A stretch of DNA of 63,983 nucleotides, filler included, from Collodictyon triciliatum (GCA_043381765.1; 5 parts of 5 records of this genome joined end to end with filler, not necessarily neighbours in it), one strand, 5' to 3'; shown: positions 42,896 through 60,100, counted from the whole stretch's first letter. Translations and numbers: made by a program. Notes: generated by a model not told the origin, from the letters alone.

Positions 42896-44821
42896 TTCGA
42901 TTCTGCTGCGTTTATCATTTGAAGGGCAAAATCAACTGAAGAATCCATTCACGTATGCGATTATTATAGCTCTCGTTGTTTTGATTGTGACATGGGTAAG
43001 TCATCAATAACGTTCATTCCTTAGAAAAAAATGCATCACACTTTTTCTTAATATCTTCCGTGGGTTTATGCTTTTTTTATTCTTTTTTTATTTTATATAT
43101 TTATATACGGGCACCAGAACTGACATTTGACAATACACTATGTAAAGATGAAAAGATTGAATCTCGGGCTCCAAAAATTTGATGCTTTGCTCATTATTCC
43201 AATGCTTCAAGTCTTCTGGACTACATTTTCAATCATATCTGGAGGTTATAATTACAATATATGAGGAACTGTGTAAGATGTTCTCTCAGCTAAACAGTTG
43301 TGTATCAATAAAGGTATTTTCTTTGATGAGTTCTCCAAGATGAAGGCATACGAGTCTTTTTTGTTCTTCCTGGGTGTTGTCATCGTCATGACTGGTGTTT
43401 TTTCCTTGGCACCCAGGCCTGATACTCAAGGTTCCAAAGGTGAAATCAATCACGAACGTATATTTATAACTATCCCTCATGAATCTAACCATATTTCGGA
43501 GCCATACCTAACTATGTGGTGGTTGTTTTTTTCCCGGAAATATGCTAGATGGAATCGGGCTTTTGGAGGGGAACATAAAGAAAAAGTAAGGATCAAAACG
43601 ATACGTATTCAGACGGAATCCACACCCATTCTACAAACAAACTGTATTCTATTTTACTTCATGTTACATTATTTTATTATCTTACATATATTTTCATATA
43701 TTTTTGTAGAATTCGCTCTCAAAGTTCTTCATCATCAATCGGAGCTGAATTTAGGGTTTGAATCATAACGTAGTATCCCATATATTTCGTTTGATATTCA
43801 AAAACCATCGTTGACATAAATATGAAATGTAGCTCAATTACCCTTCGAGAGCCAGCATCGAAATTCCCCTTACAATGTTATCTGGATTACCACCTACAGT
43901 AGAAGCAGCAGAAATACTTCAGGAGGAAATCGAAGAAAACGATGACTATGACTTGGTATGTGTCTTAGATGTCTTGACAGAGTGAATTTTTCCGTTTTCA
44001 ACTTTTGATCGATACACAAACAAATTCAACTTTTACTTAACTTCACGTAAAGGAATTGGCCAATATGCATACCATCCAAGAAATTGATGAGACCGAGCTT
44101 CAATCACCTGAACTTGCCGTTAAATCTGTATGGTTCATCTACTTGAAGTTCAAAAAAACCATATTTCCTTACTGCATTCACCACAATTTTTATCCATGTA
44201 TACATTTGGGAATTGTGTTATTTCTCTATCTGACTCTAAGAAAATAAACTTTTGGCGGTTGCATAGATGGAGACAAATTTGAACGAACAGAACGACGAAG
44301 GGTTCTCTCTCTCTTTCTAATATGATATTTGATATGATTATGTTCGACTCCTTTCTATTCGAAATTTACGAATGTAACATCATCCATTAAACATTATTTG
44401 TGTAGCTTAGAGTTTATTTAACAAACACACACATAAAAAAAAAAAAAAAACTAGACCAGCCTCCATAGTCTCCAGCCTCTTCGGTCGCCTCTCTTTCCGG
44501 CAACATTCCTTCAAGAGCTCATTCGTGCGCCAAGTTGATGAAGACGAGGAAAGTGAGTTTGTTGTAGTAGAAGACGGCCACTACAAGCAAATTGAAGATG
44601 TGGTGACTGGAACTGTGGCAGGGGCTGTCTCTTTGACACAACCTCAGCGCTTATCTACAGCTGAGACTGTGATTAGTCTACAGGAAGTCCAAATACTTTC
44701 GTCTTGCGAAGTTGGTGCAGCGCAGGAGTCGTCTTCGAAGGCACCGAGCACCCACCAAACGGAAAGGGATGGCTACAAACCTCCTGAATGGACATCTTTC
44801 GAAAAGAAGGAGGATTTCTAA
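42896..44821 (+). CDS. NIPA-family magnesium transporter, 5'-partial
   Basis: GQNQLKNPFTY, RLNLGLQKFDALLIIPMLQVFWTTFSIISGGIFFDEF, FFLGVVIVMTGVFSLAP. Confidence 0.85.
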
Positions 44822-45479
44822 TGGACTTTTCTTTTATAAATCTAACTTTATAGAGATAATATCCTTTGTATGACTCCAGCTGGGGACAGTACAAAAGAGA
44901 AAAAGGATATGCACTCTCTGTCCGAGAAGAAAATTTTCATCTTCATTTTATTCTATTTTATTTTGCAAACAAAAAAGTGCCTTGAGACTGTCATGGCGAC
45001 TGCCCCTTCGAACCGTTCTTATACTCCTCAACTAAACTTATGCTGCTTGAAAATCGGTTTGTCGGTATGGAGCAATGTCTTTATATTCCCTCTCCATTGG
45101 TTACTCCGCCACCACCTCTTTGCCAGGTGCTTCTAAAATAAATATAAAACCGAATGAGATGCAAAGAAAAAAAATACAAGCGCGCCAAAGACCAGAAAGA
45201 ACAAAGAAATTCCACAATAATATGCGTAATTATGGAATTAATATACATCATCACAACTCTGTTAGGATATACAGTTTTCCTCATATTTGTGTTAAAATAC
45301 ATTGATGATAATAGCACATAAGTCAATGAGCATAGCTGCTGTTACGATCTGCTGTCCCGCCCTATGTTTCCTCTGAAGCGTACAAAAACCACAATCAGAC
45401 AGTCCATCAAACAGCCAACACCAGACCCATAAGAAAAAAAGATAAAAAGAAATAGAAAAGAGCAACGGGCAAGCCCAAG

Positions 45480-47427
<1,948 letters not shown>

Positions 47428-48071
47428 ACGATGGATACACATCATCACTGCCGCTTGGAAGGGAAAAAAGAGGAGTAAAAAAGCTGGGCGATTGGAAGTG
47501 TGCAGATTTATTTTGAGGGTTTGAATGCTGTAAATATACCACTTCTACCCACACCGATTCTAATAAATAAGCTCCTCAAACAAAGCAGCCACATAAATCG
47601 TGATATATAAAGATGTCTATGTGGATGGGCGAGAGCATTCTTCTTACACCACCCATTATATACGAATATTTGATATATTGCAGCTTGTGAGTATGTGAGA
47701 AGAGATGAAGAGAGAGAAAAAAAAAAAAGAAAATGAAGTGGCAAAGAAAGCCATTACGGCAACCCTTTTTTTCCCCCATCTCCAACGCGTGAGTAAATGT
47801 CATGCCAAACTACTTAAGAGAAGGAAAGAAGAAGGAAACATCTCAAACACTGTATTATCAGTTCATGGCAAGAGAGTATACTCGCCAAACAGAACTGAGC
47901 ACGAGACGAAAAGTAAGATAGGAAAAAATGTATTAAAAAAAGTTGTGTTTGGATGCATCATCTCATTTATTCATATCAGCTCCCGTTTACTGCAAAATGG
48001 TGACATGAGGTATTTCCATCCATTCACGTCCTTTTCTTTATTGTATCTCTTAAACCTGTTTCCAGTTTGAT

Positions 48072-49670
48072 TTACTTGCGGACAAAGCTGCGGCCGCTGA
48101 CCAGCTTCTTCTCCTTGGTCTCAGTCTCCTGCTTGGCGCGATTGAGAACCTTGAGGAGGGTTTCGACGCGGGTTCGCATGCGGGAGTGCATGTAAGCCTT
48201 GGAGCACTTGATGTGATAGTGAAGGTAATCACGGAACATCAGGACGCTAGCGACAGAGTTTTCAATTTGGGAGGCTTCCAACTGGCGCTTGAAGAGAACT
48301 GGACAATTGTGAAAAGAGTATGGCTGGCGTCAGAGTAGAGTGAAGTTACCTTTCTTTTTTTGGGTGTGTATTGTACTTTGCCCAAAATAATAATAACATT
48401 ATTATTGTGATCATAAATGAGAATATGCGTATAGGCAGATGTATAGTATCAGGGAAATACAAACCCATCGACACGAAGCCAATATCTTCGCCTTCAGGGA
48501 CGTTCAGTGAGCGGATTTCCAAAGGAGCGACTTTAGAGTAAGAGACTGAGGGTGAATTCTGGACACGAGGGCAAGTATCGGCAAACTCCTATTGTCGTGT
48601 TTCGCGTTTGCTTATTTCTCTCCAAAATCTTAAAAGGAGAGAGATTTAACGAAACCAAGTAGCAAAAGAAGAGAAATAACGGAGGGAAATAATGCATGAA
48701 TTTTCTTTGAAAAACCCTCCGCAGAAAAGAAAATCACCAGAAAAAAAAAAGATAATGTATGGTAATTTAAACGAGAACCTGCATAAAGACTTTGGCGATG
48801 GTGACATCATCAGGATCACGGAAACGAAGCATGAAGATGATGGTGGCCTGATCGGCCGAGGCCTTCACGACAAAGAGAGGCTCGTCAGCGCGGTAGTTGA
48901 CCTCTGTTGGGGTGCGGGATATGGAGCCGGAGAGGACTTTGCGGATCGGTGTGCCCAGGACGAGTGTCTTGAGGTTTCTAAGCTTGTTGAGGAGCTCCTC
49001 TGTACATTATGGAAGGCTGGTAAGCATCAAGGAGGGTCTCTTCAAAAGACTCCGAGGGGCATGGCGGCCCTCCTACAAACCTTTGTCTCCAGTCAACTCG
49101 CTGATTTTGAACTTGAGGGTCACATGGTAGCCGTCAGCAGGGTCTGTGACCATGCCCGGGAAAGCAGCTTGGAGGGCCTTTTGGTTGTGCAGAATAGTTC
49201 GGGGAAATAGTTATACACGCTGTAATACGAATGAAACAGGAGTAAAAAAGGGGGCGGTATTCACCAGGTTTTGGAGACAGAGAAAGGGAGGGAGCACAAG
49301 GAGGGAAAGCAAGGATTCTTGCCTCGCCAGCTCCGGCGGCGGAGAACTCTTGGAAGCGATTGAAGCTGGCAGACAAGGAAACCTCGTTCTTTTCTGGGTC
49401 GGCACAGGTCAGGGAAAACTTGACGCCGTCAAAGTCAGCAAACTCGGCAAAGAAGTGGTAGCGTTCATCACTTCAGCACGGTTGTGAAACAAGAAACAAT
49501 TGTATAAAGATGCAGTTAATATTGAACACGCCTAAGCTAAAAGAAGAGAATGAAAAGCCAAAGTTGATCGCTTTTGCGTGTGGAACATAGGTAGGAAGGA
49601 TCGTCTACGTGGTGAGGACCGGGCGGAGTGTGTCGTCGATAATACGGTTTCCAGTCTCGAGGAGCAGCAT
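48072..49670 (-). CDS. ARPC2: Arp2/3 complex subunit 2 (p34-Arc)
   Basis: MLLLETGNRIIDDTL, DATTSLPSLLTLTASSF region, QEFADTCPRVQNSPSVSYSKVAPLE, FRDYLHYHIKCSKAYMHSRMR..LLKVLNRAK. Confidence 0.93.
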
Positions 49671-50313
49671 TTTGAAAAGCCTTTGGAGCGGGTGATCCTA
49701 GCAGGGTGGGGCAAGCATAAAGATACAAGTGAGACACTGGCTTTTGTTTTTTTTTTTTTTTGCCAGGGTTTGCCAAACAGTCGCGTAATTCTGAAAGGGC
49801 CGAGCGGGCGAAGGGAATTGGTCACGTTCCACATATTCGCGCCGTTTGTTGCAGCGGGTCACTCCCGTTATCTCACTCATCTTATTTGTGGAGCTGGGCA
49901 CACAAAGGTCTTTAGCAAGATGTGTGGCAGGATCGCATGGACTCGCGGCAGAACCCAGGCATTGGTGGTGACTTTGACAGACTTTCTCGTGTTGCTGCCC
50001 AAAGTCTTCTGCGGCTGGGTTGATCGGATTGATGTGATGCGAGCAAGGCTCCTGAGGAGACAGAACAGATTCCTGATTTGTATTATTTTACAGAACGCGG
50101 GTTCAAATAAGCCATACAAGGAGTTCTTTGTGAAAGAAGCTATCTTGTAGTGGAGATTAGCGGTCGATGACTATGTCGTCCATAGGACAATTGTGGAAAA
50201 TAGACTTTTGGTTGAGATCGCCCCGAATCCATCGTTAATTTATCTGGCATCCCAATTAATTAATTGATATCACAAGCACACAGTTTATTCCGCACACTCT
50301 CGCAGCTGGGCAT

Positions 50314-51220
50314 TTACAACTTGAGATCGTGAGGGAACTGGCCGTCAAGGAGGGAGAAACGGGCACCCAGATAACCGGCAAGCATGGGCACCTGCTTGAC
50401 GATGGGGGTGAGCTGGGCATCGAGGGCCTTCTGGTCAGCCACGCGGGCAGGGAGGACGAAGGTCTTCTTGGAGGTGTGGGCCTTCTTGGCAGCCTTCTCC
50501 TCGGGCTTGGGGGCAAAGTACTCGTCGTTGAACTTGCTGAGGTCGACACCAGAGATATCAACCTTGGTGGAGGTGGCGGCGACGTAAGCCTGGTTTACGC
50601 GACGGAGGGGAACTCCGTTAAAGTGGAAAGGGCCTGGGTAGGTAATACTTATCAGCAGTGATATCAGGTGTCGCTCCTGAGAGGTTCGGTATTCATAGTT
50701 TGAGAAATTGTAACGTGTGAGGGAGAGGGGCAAACCGTTGATCAGAAGGAGGCCAGACTCCAGCTGCTTCAAGAAGACGACACGGCGCCCGCGGAGGGGG
50801 CCCGCAAGAAGGATGAGAACAGTTCCGGGGGTGATGGACTTGCGGAGCTTAGTGGGGCGCTTGTTCTGGCGGTTGGAGCGGAGGGGGCGCTTGACGAGCT
50901 CAGTGGGGAAGGTGAAGGGGGTGTACTTCTCCTCGACCTTGGCGACCTCCTTCTTGGGGACGGCAGCGGCGCGCTTGCGGAAGCGGCGGTGCTAAGGATT
51001 GTTATCGCACGGGTTAGTCAAGGCAGAATCTCGTGATTTCCAATAAGCTGAAGTTATCATAATGACAGTGAGCGATCTGTAAATTGGCAGCTAAGCAACG
51101 GGCTGAAGGTTTGGTATTGCGCGGGTTGCACAACGACTATACCTTGGAGAAAGCCTGACCACGGGAGAGCTTGTTGATTCCGGGCTTGAGTTCGGGGTTG
51201 CGGGGGACTCCTTTGACCAT
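50314..51220 (-). CDS. RPL6: 60S ribosomal protein L6 (eL6)
   Basis: MVKGVPRNPELKPGI, LRKSITPGTVLILLAGPLRGRRVVFLKQLESGLLLI, GPFHFNGVPLRRVNQAYVAATSTKVD. Confidence 0.96.
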
Positions 51221-52042
51221 TGTGCTTGTCTGTGCAACTATATGGATCGCCAGATTGGTGAGGAACGATCATTTCCAATTTTCATTGGTTGTGTGTCTGA
51301 TCAAGATTTCGAGAGTAGGGCCTGAAATTCAGAGAATAATTGCAGTGCTGAGCACGATAGCCACGACAGAAATGCTCTGGCTTTTTGGTGCAATGATGCA
51401 GCTGTCCAATCTTTCCTTCCAAAAAATACTATTCGTCCAGCTCATCACTCCGACATATCCTCGGTTCGTCGGGTGGATATGGGGTAGTGACGGGAATTTA
51501 AGAGGGATATGCAAGTGTTGGTTCTACGTTTGCGTGCCAAGGCCACTTACAGTTTATTGGGCGTCCACGCGTATGTGAAACGGATGAGGTTCCTCTGGCA
51601 GAGTCGGAGCGGAAAGAGAAACTGTGATGCCGATAGTGGTGCTCTGATAAATTTTATGTATCGACGCCATAGGAAATCAGATTATAAACTCATACCTTAT
51701 CAAGTTAATTCAATCTATCTGATTTCTATAATTAGTATAGATTGATAGCGAAAAGGGAAGGCTAGTTTTTTGATTTTCTGTGCGCGCATATGATGCGGTC
51801 ATACTGCTCTGTTGTGTGTGGTTGAATGGGGGTGGGGGCGTTCTGATTCTTTCCGGGCTGCTGCTTTCCAACATGGCGAGGAGAGAAGTCAAGATGGACC
51901 CTGATAGGCTAGTGTGAGGAGCAGTGGAGTCTTCTGCAATTGCTTAACTTCAAAACAACAGGAAAAGAAAAAGAAAAGAAAAGAAAAGAAAGGTTAGAAT
52001 AACATATGGTTTTTTTTTCTTTACCCGCTTTTCAGCCCCCGT

Positions 52043-54247
52043 ATGACTGACGCTGAACTTCAAGAGGAGGAGGTGCGTTATTTACCTGGCTAGATCCGAC
52101 ACAAGTACACAGTCTCAGAGAAATGTTCACGACGGATACCACGAATGCGTGTGGTTTTGACTGTCGCTTGATACTATTTTTTTTTTAGGTTCAAGTTTTG
52201 ACTTCCATTTACGGGGATGACTTTGTTTCCTCGGAGAAATATCTTTTAAGCGGAGCTGGTTCGGATCTTGACGAATGGTTTGGAGTTAGGATCCTCCTCG
52301 AGCCTGTAAACAAGAGCCTTATTTTCAAATTTCGGTATCCAGCCGACTACCCCTCGCAATCAAAACCAGAAACCTCCTTCGAGTCAACCTGGCTGAAGAT
52401 TTCAGAGGTATATGCCATGATTTTCAGGTACTATAGTTTAAGCAGGTTTTTTTTCCTCGAGGTTTAATGAGAATTACAATCGACTCTTCTCTTTTTTAAG
52501 GTCATTTGTTAAACCTAATACTTTTATTTACGCTATACCCTACCTCTAATTAAACTGAATTATGTGGCTTTAGATTTCGATATTGAGACAGTCATTGAAT
52601 GACCTGTACTATCAAGAAGGTGCTGGTGATGTCATTATTTTTAAGTGGGTAGAATGGCTTCGGAGTGAAGCAATTGGTATCCTTGGTCTCCAAATTGAAG
52701 ATTCTGAGTATGGTTTGAAGCTATTGAGCTCTTCTCTCCTTGAATATCGGCATATTTCTGCCATTTAAACCATGATGTATTCTTTACATTCTGATTTTAC
52801 AGTTTTTCACGTAATAAGTACCGCTATGATGTTTCCATTTATACTTCTACCTCTACTTGTACCTCTACCTCTACTTGAACTTGTACTTCTATTTCTCTTT
52901 CTATTTTTATATTTTTCTGTTTCTACTTCTACTTCTACTTCTACTTCTATATTTTACTATTTACTATTTCTATTTTATATTTACTATTTCTATCTCAATT
53001 TCTATTCCTGCTTCTACTTTTATTTTATATGTTGCCCGATTTTGTTATTCATCCTGGTAAATGTATTATCAAGAGGCGCACTAAAAGCCGAGCGTCCAAA
53101 CCCAGAGGAAAACCTTTGCATAGCTGATATTGACGATTTCAGTGACACATTTTCGTATCATGTGCCCCCAACTATTACCAGTCCTACTGAGGTTAATACA
53201 TATTCTGCTTTTGAATGCCTTGAAAAAACAACAGCAAATAATGAATTTCATGTAGCTCACAATTCCTTTTCCAACAATCTTTAGAAAGATATCCCCAAGG
53301 TTTTCCACGGAGAAATATTAACTGATAGAAAGTCTCATTTTCAAGCACACGCAGCACAAGTTGATTCGTTTATTAAAGTTCGTCAGGTTGTTGAGTACCT
53401 CAAGGTAATTCTTTTTCAGACTCTACATTTGAATTATGAATATTTATAGCTGGGCTCATCTATACTGGGGAATATGAAAATAACTTTGAAGGTGTTATTC
53501 TCCACTTTTCATAAAATTGCAATAATATCAACACTGATACAACACCAGGGATTTCCTAAAATTGCACGGGCCACACATAATGTAATGGTTTATCAGTTTA
53601 CGGACGAAAGCAACAGACTAAACTCTGATTTTGATGACGATGGAGAAGGCGGGGCTGGTGGTAAGGGATTCTAATTGATGTGAATCTATTTCAAGAAAAG
53701 GGTTACGATAAAGTGAAATGAGGATTGAATTTGGTAGTATTCGTTGGTTGTAGAAAAAGAAAAAGAAGTTGTACTGAAAGAAATCTTTAACCTTACCATC
53801 TCCCTCCGAAAACTATTTTGATTCGTATAAGCCAACTTGCTTGAACTACTACAGTTGATAAACGCCCATAATGTAGTAGTTGTAGTATCAAGATGGTATG
53901 GTGGGATACAATTGGTTAGATTTTAATTGCATACGATGAAAAATAAACACTGATTACAATATAATTACTCAATTATATTTTCGAATACTCAATTTTTTTA
54001 AATTCTTTTTGGAATAATGCCGCTTCTTTCCTTCTTTTCTTTTCAAAAAAATACATCAAGTTGACTCGTGGTTCACAATATACCTATTTTATTTCACTCT
54101 TTATGGTCTGCTATCGATATGCAGGGGCCCGACCGATTCAAGCACTTTAGAAGCTGCACATCTGAGCTGTTGGATAGTCTTTGCTGGACAGAAAGGACAA
54201 ATCCAGACGCGAAGAAACAACCCCAAAATAAACCAAGAAAAAAGTAG
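52043..54247 (+). CDS. IMPACT: IMPACT/Yih1 (RWD + UPF0029 domains)
   Basis: QEEE/VLTSIYGDDF, YPADYPS, IFKWVEWLR, TDRKSHFQAHAA, IARATHN, DDDGEGGAG, VVVSRWYGGIQLGPDRFKH. Confidence 0.92.
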
Positions 54248-54802
54248 ATTAACAATTAAAAAAAACTGATATTTTTCGCCCAGCATATGTTTCCTATTTT
54301 TTTTTTTTAGGTAAAAATTAAATAGATTACTAGATATTAATATTTGACCTTCTCTGTACTTACGAAAGTAACGGAGGTAAACTCAAAAAAGAAATGGAGA
54401 TATGATAATGTATCGAATGCAAAACAGACAAATAGAAGAAAAAGAAGAAAGGCTTAACCTTCTGTTTTGTGAATTTGGATACACCAATAACGATACGTTT
54501 TGTCGGTAATTTGCATCGCGACTGTGCCATTAAAGACTATGAGCGCGTGTGAAGGATGGAGGTGCTTGGGTACAAATCAACAGAAAAAAATTTGGTCGGC
54601 GATTTTTCCGATTTCGATGTACATATGAAATATTTTGATTATCAATAACCAGACATTCAAAATTTTATCCTTTAGTGAAAAGAATTTATTTTTTTTGTAA
54701 CAATCGAGATTCTTTTAAAGTGATACGTGTACTCTTTTATTTTCCCCCCTGCCTTAAGCTTCGTCGTTAAGCCGTAGGGTATCAACTTGGTTTGAAGAAT
54801 AA

Positions 54803-56885
54803 ATGAGTACGCTGCATGTTGAAAACGAGAAGCTGGGGAAAGTATCTCTCATTAGAAGCTGCATCGAGTCTCTGGAAGCAGAAGTGAGGGGTTTGAGGGT
54901 AATGTCGATATTTTTCTTTTTCTTGTTGTTGTTGTTGAACACGGTGAAATGAAAATAAAATCGAAAGAACAAGCGACTTATTTGGATGCTTCTATTTATC
55001 CATGACATAGAAGTATGCCTGAATATAATATTAAAATTATGTGTATTTCCGATTAATTGGAGGTTTAAAGCGATTTTTTTTTTTTTACATATTTGCTTTA
55101 TTGATTCAAAGGAACACGAGATTTTGCTTCAGCGTGAAATTCTTCAATTACGCAGACAAGTTCGAGAATTTGAACACAAGTCGCTGACAAACACCCGTCA
55201 GTTAACTCTGAAACCTAACGAAGACGCTCATGCTGCTGAGGCCCAAGTAAATAATCTGTTTTAAAAAAATAAACAAAAGCAAAAGCTAAAAAAAAAAAAA
55301 GACTCATTCAGCACATCAGATTTTGTCTCTTAAATATAATTTTTTTTTGGGGATTTTGGTCCATAAATAAAAACATCCTGACAGATTCGAAGTCTGCTCA
55401 TTAAAGTCGAAACCATCGAACGAGAACTAGCTCAGGAAAGGAAATCTGTAGAGCAAAGAGATGTTATTATACAAGGAATTAAAGTTGTTTATTTTACTTC
55501 ATTTCTCTTTTCATGGTACATTACTGTTGTTGTTTATATTTATAATTGGATGAATTCAATAAAAAAAATCATGATATTAAAGAACTTAAATTATTTTTTG
55601 AAATCAGGAGAGAGAAATTCAATTGGAAGAAGAGCTGGGAGAAAAAAGGCGAATCCACAGTCGATTGCAAACAAAAGTAGATGAATATGAGATTGCTATT
55701 AAAAAGATGCAACAAAGATTCTCCAATGGTATAAAGTCTTATATTCAACAAAAAGAACAAAAAAATAATTCAATTTTTTCATTTTTCATTTACGTTTGAT
55801 TAATATCATGATTGAAGTTGAAGGTAAATGCTTGACTTTGAAAGCCACAATAGATGATATTTTACTAAAAGGTGAGAATGCATTATCCAATCTTAGCCAT
55901 TTCTTCTATTTATAAAAAACTTTAAAAATAGGAACAAAGGAAAATAGAATGTTTTTTTTAATTTAATTGTGGTGACAGTTCTTCTTTTAAAAAACCAAAA
56001 TAGAACAATCTTGGAGACGGTTCAGTGAAGATATGTTGTCGCTCCCAGAAAGGCTAAACAGTTTAGACATAGTTTTGATAGCTTCATTTTCTCCAATATT
56101 CCATATTAATGGACATAACTAACATTTTATGGGTCCAAATTTAACTTTAGGTTGAATAAAAATGTTATTTATTTCTCTTTTTCTTTCTCTCATGATTAGG
56201 ACAAATAGAAGACCTTGAAGGTTTATTAGCCTTGAAATCAAAGGAATGCTGCCAACAAACATCGTAATAAATGAATAAACAAATTTGATTTGCTATTTTG
56301 AGTACCTTTTTTTTTATATTGATTGGCTTTTACTGTAATTTATGTCATCTATATATAATTTGAGATAGAGAGAGAAATGCACGCAAAAATCATGAATACT
56401 ACTTCACGTACATAAAACAATTTAATATTGGTAGGGAGATTATACAAAAAAATGCAAAAATATCAGAGTTGATGAAAAGCCTGAGAGACAACGATTCCAA
56501 ATTACAAGAGGTAAGAATTTTATGTACCCAATGGCTGTGGTCTTTATTGCATTTTATGAGTTTTTTTCTCTCTATTTATGTTAAAAACGAAAAAGAAAAA
56601 GGAAAATGATGAAGGGTTTTCTAATCTACCATTAGGTATTATCTGCTAGATGACATATTATTTTATTATTGGAGATTGTAATTTTTGTTCGATAGGAACG
56701 TCTTAAAGCACAGGGATTAACAGCGCAGATAACGAGTCTCTGCGAGGAAAAGTGCAAGTTGGATATTGAATTATCCAAGCAACAAGATATTGTTGGTGTA
56801 AGCATGGTGAAATTAAGTGAATCAGAGGCGAGAAATCATACCGCAGTTATCGACTTTGATCGGAAACTTGAATTGAAGCAGAAAG
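54803..56885 (+). CDS. Coiled-coil protein, multi-exon, 3'-partial
   Basis: Heptad-rich exons (LQREILQLRRQVREFE, VETIERELAQERKSVEQRD); truncated by the scaffold end. Confidence 0.6.
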
Positions 56886-56946
56886 TATGTACATCTCATC
56901 TGCATTTTTCTTAATTCCTTTTTTTTTTTTTCCTTTTAAGAAAAAT

Positions 56947-56982
<36 letters not shown>

Positions 56983-56985
56983 ATG

Positions 56986-57021
<36 letters not shown>

Positions 57022-57179
57022 ATTACGTATNNNNNNNNNNNNNNNNNNNNNNNNNNNNNNNNNNNNNNNNNNNNTTAATTAATTAANNNNNNNNNNNNNN
57101 NNNNNNNNNNNNNNNNNNNNNNNNNNNNNNAAAAAAAAAAAAAAAAAAAATGTTAAAAAGTCTTAAATTAAAAGTAAGA

Positions 57180-60100
57180 GTTTTTGGTTCAGTATGCCAG
57201 TATTCCCTTTTTTTTTTTTTTTTGTTATCTAGGTACGTACTGATTTTCTTCAATTTTCGGTTTATTGTTCCAATGAGGGGCTACAAAGCTGAGATTTCTT
57301 TGCCAAACTTTTCATGGGAGTCAACCTCTTTTTTAACGCCTTACTCTTAAATAGAGGAACCAGAAAAGAAAAGCACACAGAGCAAACAATCCAAATTGTG
57401 TTTAATCCGATTAGCAAAACTGTAATCCACGTTTCAGGGCCAAGGAAACTTGACAATAATGCAAGGAAAAAGGACACAAAAATGATAATCAAACTGGATA
57501 GCTCCAAGTTGTTATCAATTTTTGAATTGTAGGGCTTGTAATAATTCTGTACCCAGATGGCCCCCTGGCAAAATTTCGGAACAATTAACTCAATTTTTTT
57601 TTTGGGGGGTCTTAGTGCTATGCATTCATAACCAATAAATACCTGAATAACGACGATGAGCAAAAAGAAGAACACTGATGGGTGACTATAAGGAATCACA
57701 CTTGTTATGAATGAAAATGTTATCCGACGGGCGATGATAACAAATTCCCAGCTTTTAAAACCCTTGTAATTATTTTTTTTTTTTAAAAAAAATAATTAGG
57801 TATTTGGTTAATAGAGCGAGTCAATTGCGAGCTTAAAATAAATCATACCTCTTTGTATGGTAGGTAGAGAAACCCATAGCGAGTTTCTGCATCACATTCA
57901 GGGGTACAAAAAATTATCTTCAGTTTCCACCAGGCAAAAGCAGGAGCTCCTAGAATGAATAGAACAAAAACTGGGATGGATATCCCGAGCATTTGATTGT
58001 GCTCCAGGGATGAAGGCATGCATGCGATCCAAGGTGCGTAATTGAGGTACCAAATTCCATCGCCATCATCGTAAAGCGTACAACTGAAAACACCGAATAC
58101 ATCTCTGGCAACCGAATAGTATGTAAAAAATAAAATGTTCAAAGTGATAAACACCGCCTATTTTTTTAAAATATTTTAATACAACAAAAAGCATATTACC
58201 TTCATTTAATTAAAAATTAAAAAAAAAAGAGAGAATAGAGAAGGTATGGCCATACTTTGTTTTTCATATTCTGATGCCCGAAGAAATAAAAAACACTCCC
58301 CACAGCTACAAATACAGGTATTCTTAAAAAGCTGAATAAAAGTTTTGCAAAAGTACCATTCAATCCAAAAATGCATGAAAAAATTGGAAGCTGAATGGAA
58401 CTTATAGTTGAGAAAGTATCGATAAACTTATTCGTGACATCTGATTGGATGATTCCAGATGAAACAATCGACAAATTTTGCATGTGGAACATGATGATTC
58501 TCAATTTTGCTGAATAGTGTCAATATTTCAATATTGATACAAAAAATGAATAAACAGAAAAACAAAAAAATATTATCTTTTCATACTTTTAAAACAACAT
58601 ATGATACAAATTTAATAAATAGATGTATAATAAACATAGAAAAGGTCACAAATTACAAAATGGAAAATAACCTGTTCTTGATGTCTCTGAAAAATATAAA
58701 AAAATTATGAAAGATATGATCGCCAGTGACCAAGGGGGTAAAATGTAATCGACAGCTTCTTCATCACATTTAACACATGTTCTTCCTTGATTTTGATAAC
58801 CAGATAAACATTCTGAACATAAATGTCCCTTGTATCCTTTTCCACATAATTTTGTGACACCTTCTGTCATGTTTGTGTCTTTTTGTCTCATAGGAATTGA
58901 TGTTAAACATGACTCGCGCCTTGGACAGGGTAAAATCGATTTAATTTCATTCACATTTGGCGAGGCAAAGCAATTTTTCAGAGAAACTCCATCAAAGCAA
59001 TCACATTCTCTGGGACATTGAATGCAATTATTTCCAACTCCAAAGTAGTTGGGCAAGCATTTGCAAAAATAAAAATCATAGTAGTCTGGATTCAATTGAA
59101 CATTCGTTTTGACCAATCCCGAATTAGACACGATTGAAGGGCAAATGTAATACTTGGAATCATCTTCCAAATGAAACGGATCTGAGTAATTCATGAAGCT
59201 AGGAAGAAAATTTGACCTTCCGTGATTCATGAACATGTCTTTTAATCCCAGATATTCAAGCTACGAAAACCTACTAAATGATTCGGGAATATGCCCAGTT
59301 ATAGTATTTCCCGACAGTCTCAGAGATTTCCATTTTAATAGATTAGTCAAGTCATCTAGCTTTGATATTTTGTTATTTTCCAGGCTTAGTACGTTAAGGT
59401 TTTCCATAAATTGAAATATTTTCCAATTTAAATTTCCGTCAAGTTGATTGTTATCAAGAAACAAATTCTGGTAGCTGTAACCCGAAGTCTCTGTTGAAAT
59501 AAAGACACCTACATCTCCAATAAATGAATTGTTCCTTAGATCAACTGTGACAAGATTTGGCAACAACCAAAAATTTTCTGATAGAGTTCCGTAGAATTTA
59601 TTGTGAGATAAGGTCAAAGACTTAAGGTGTATCATTGTATCGAAATTGGTTGGTATTGTTCCATTCATATTGTTCCAAGACATATCAATATATTTCATGA
59701 GTGGAACATGCATGTTTTCGGGGATTTTCCCGATTATTCGATTCTCACTCGCATCAAGTTTTATAAGACTTGATAAATTAAAATTTGGCAAATAACCAGC
59801 CAGGTGATTCCTGAAAATGCTCAATTCAGCCAAAAAATAACATTTCCAAAAATTTGGAATAATTCCTTCCAATTCATTAGCGTACACAGAAAAATATTGA
59901 AGATGCGCGAGACTTGAAAATTGGGGGATTGTTCCTAGTTTAAAACTTGATTAAACATGAGGAAAAATTTCACAATATCTAAAAATCCTATTACCTCTTA
60001 ACTTATTCCTTGAAATATCAACTGTACCAAGCATATATAAGCTTGAAAATTGAGGTATTGTGCCTATTCATTACATTTTTAGACGAACTAGTTATAATTA

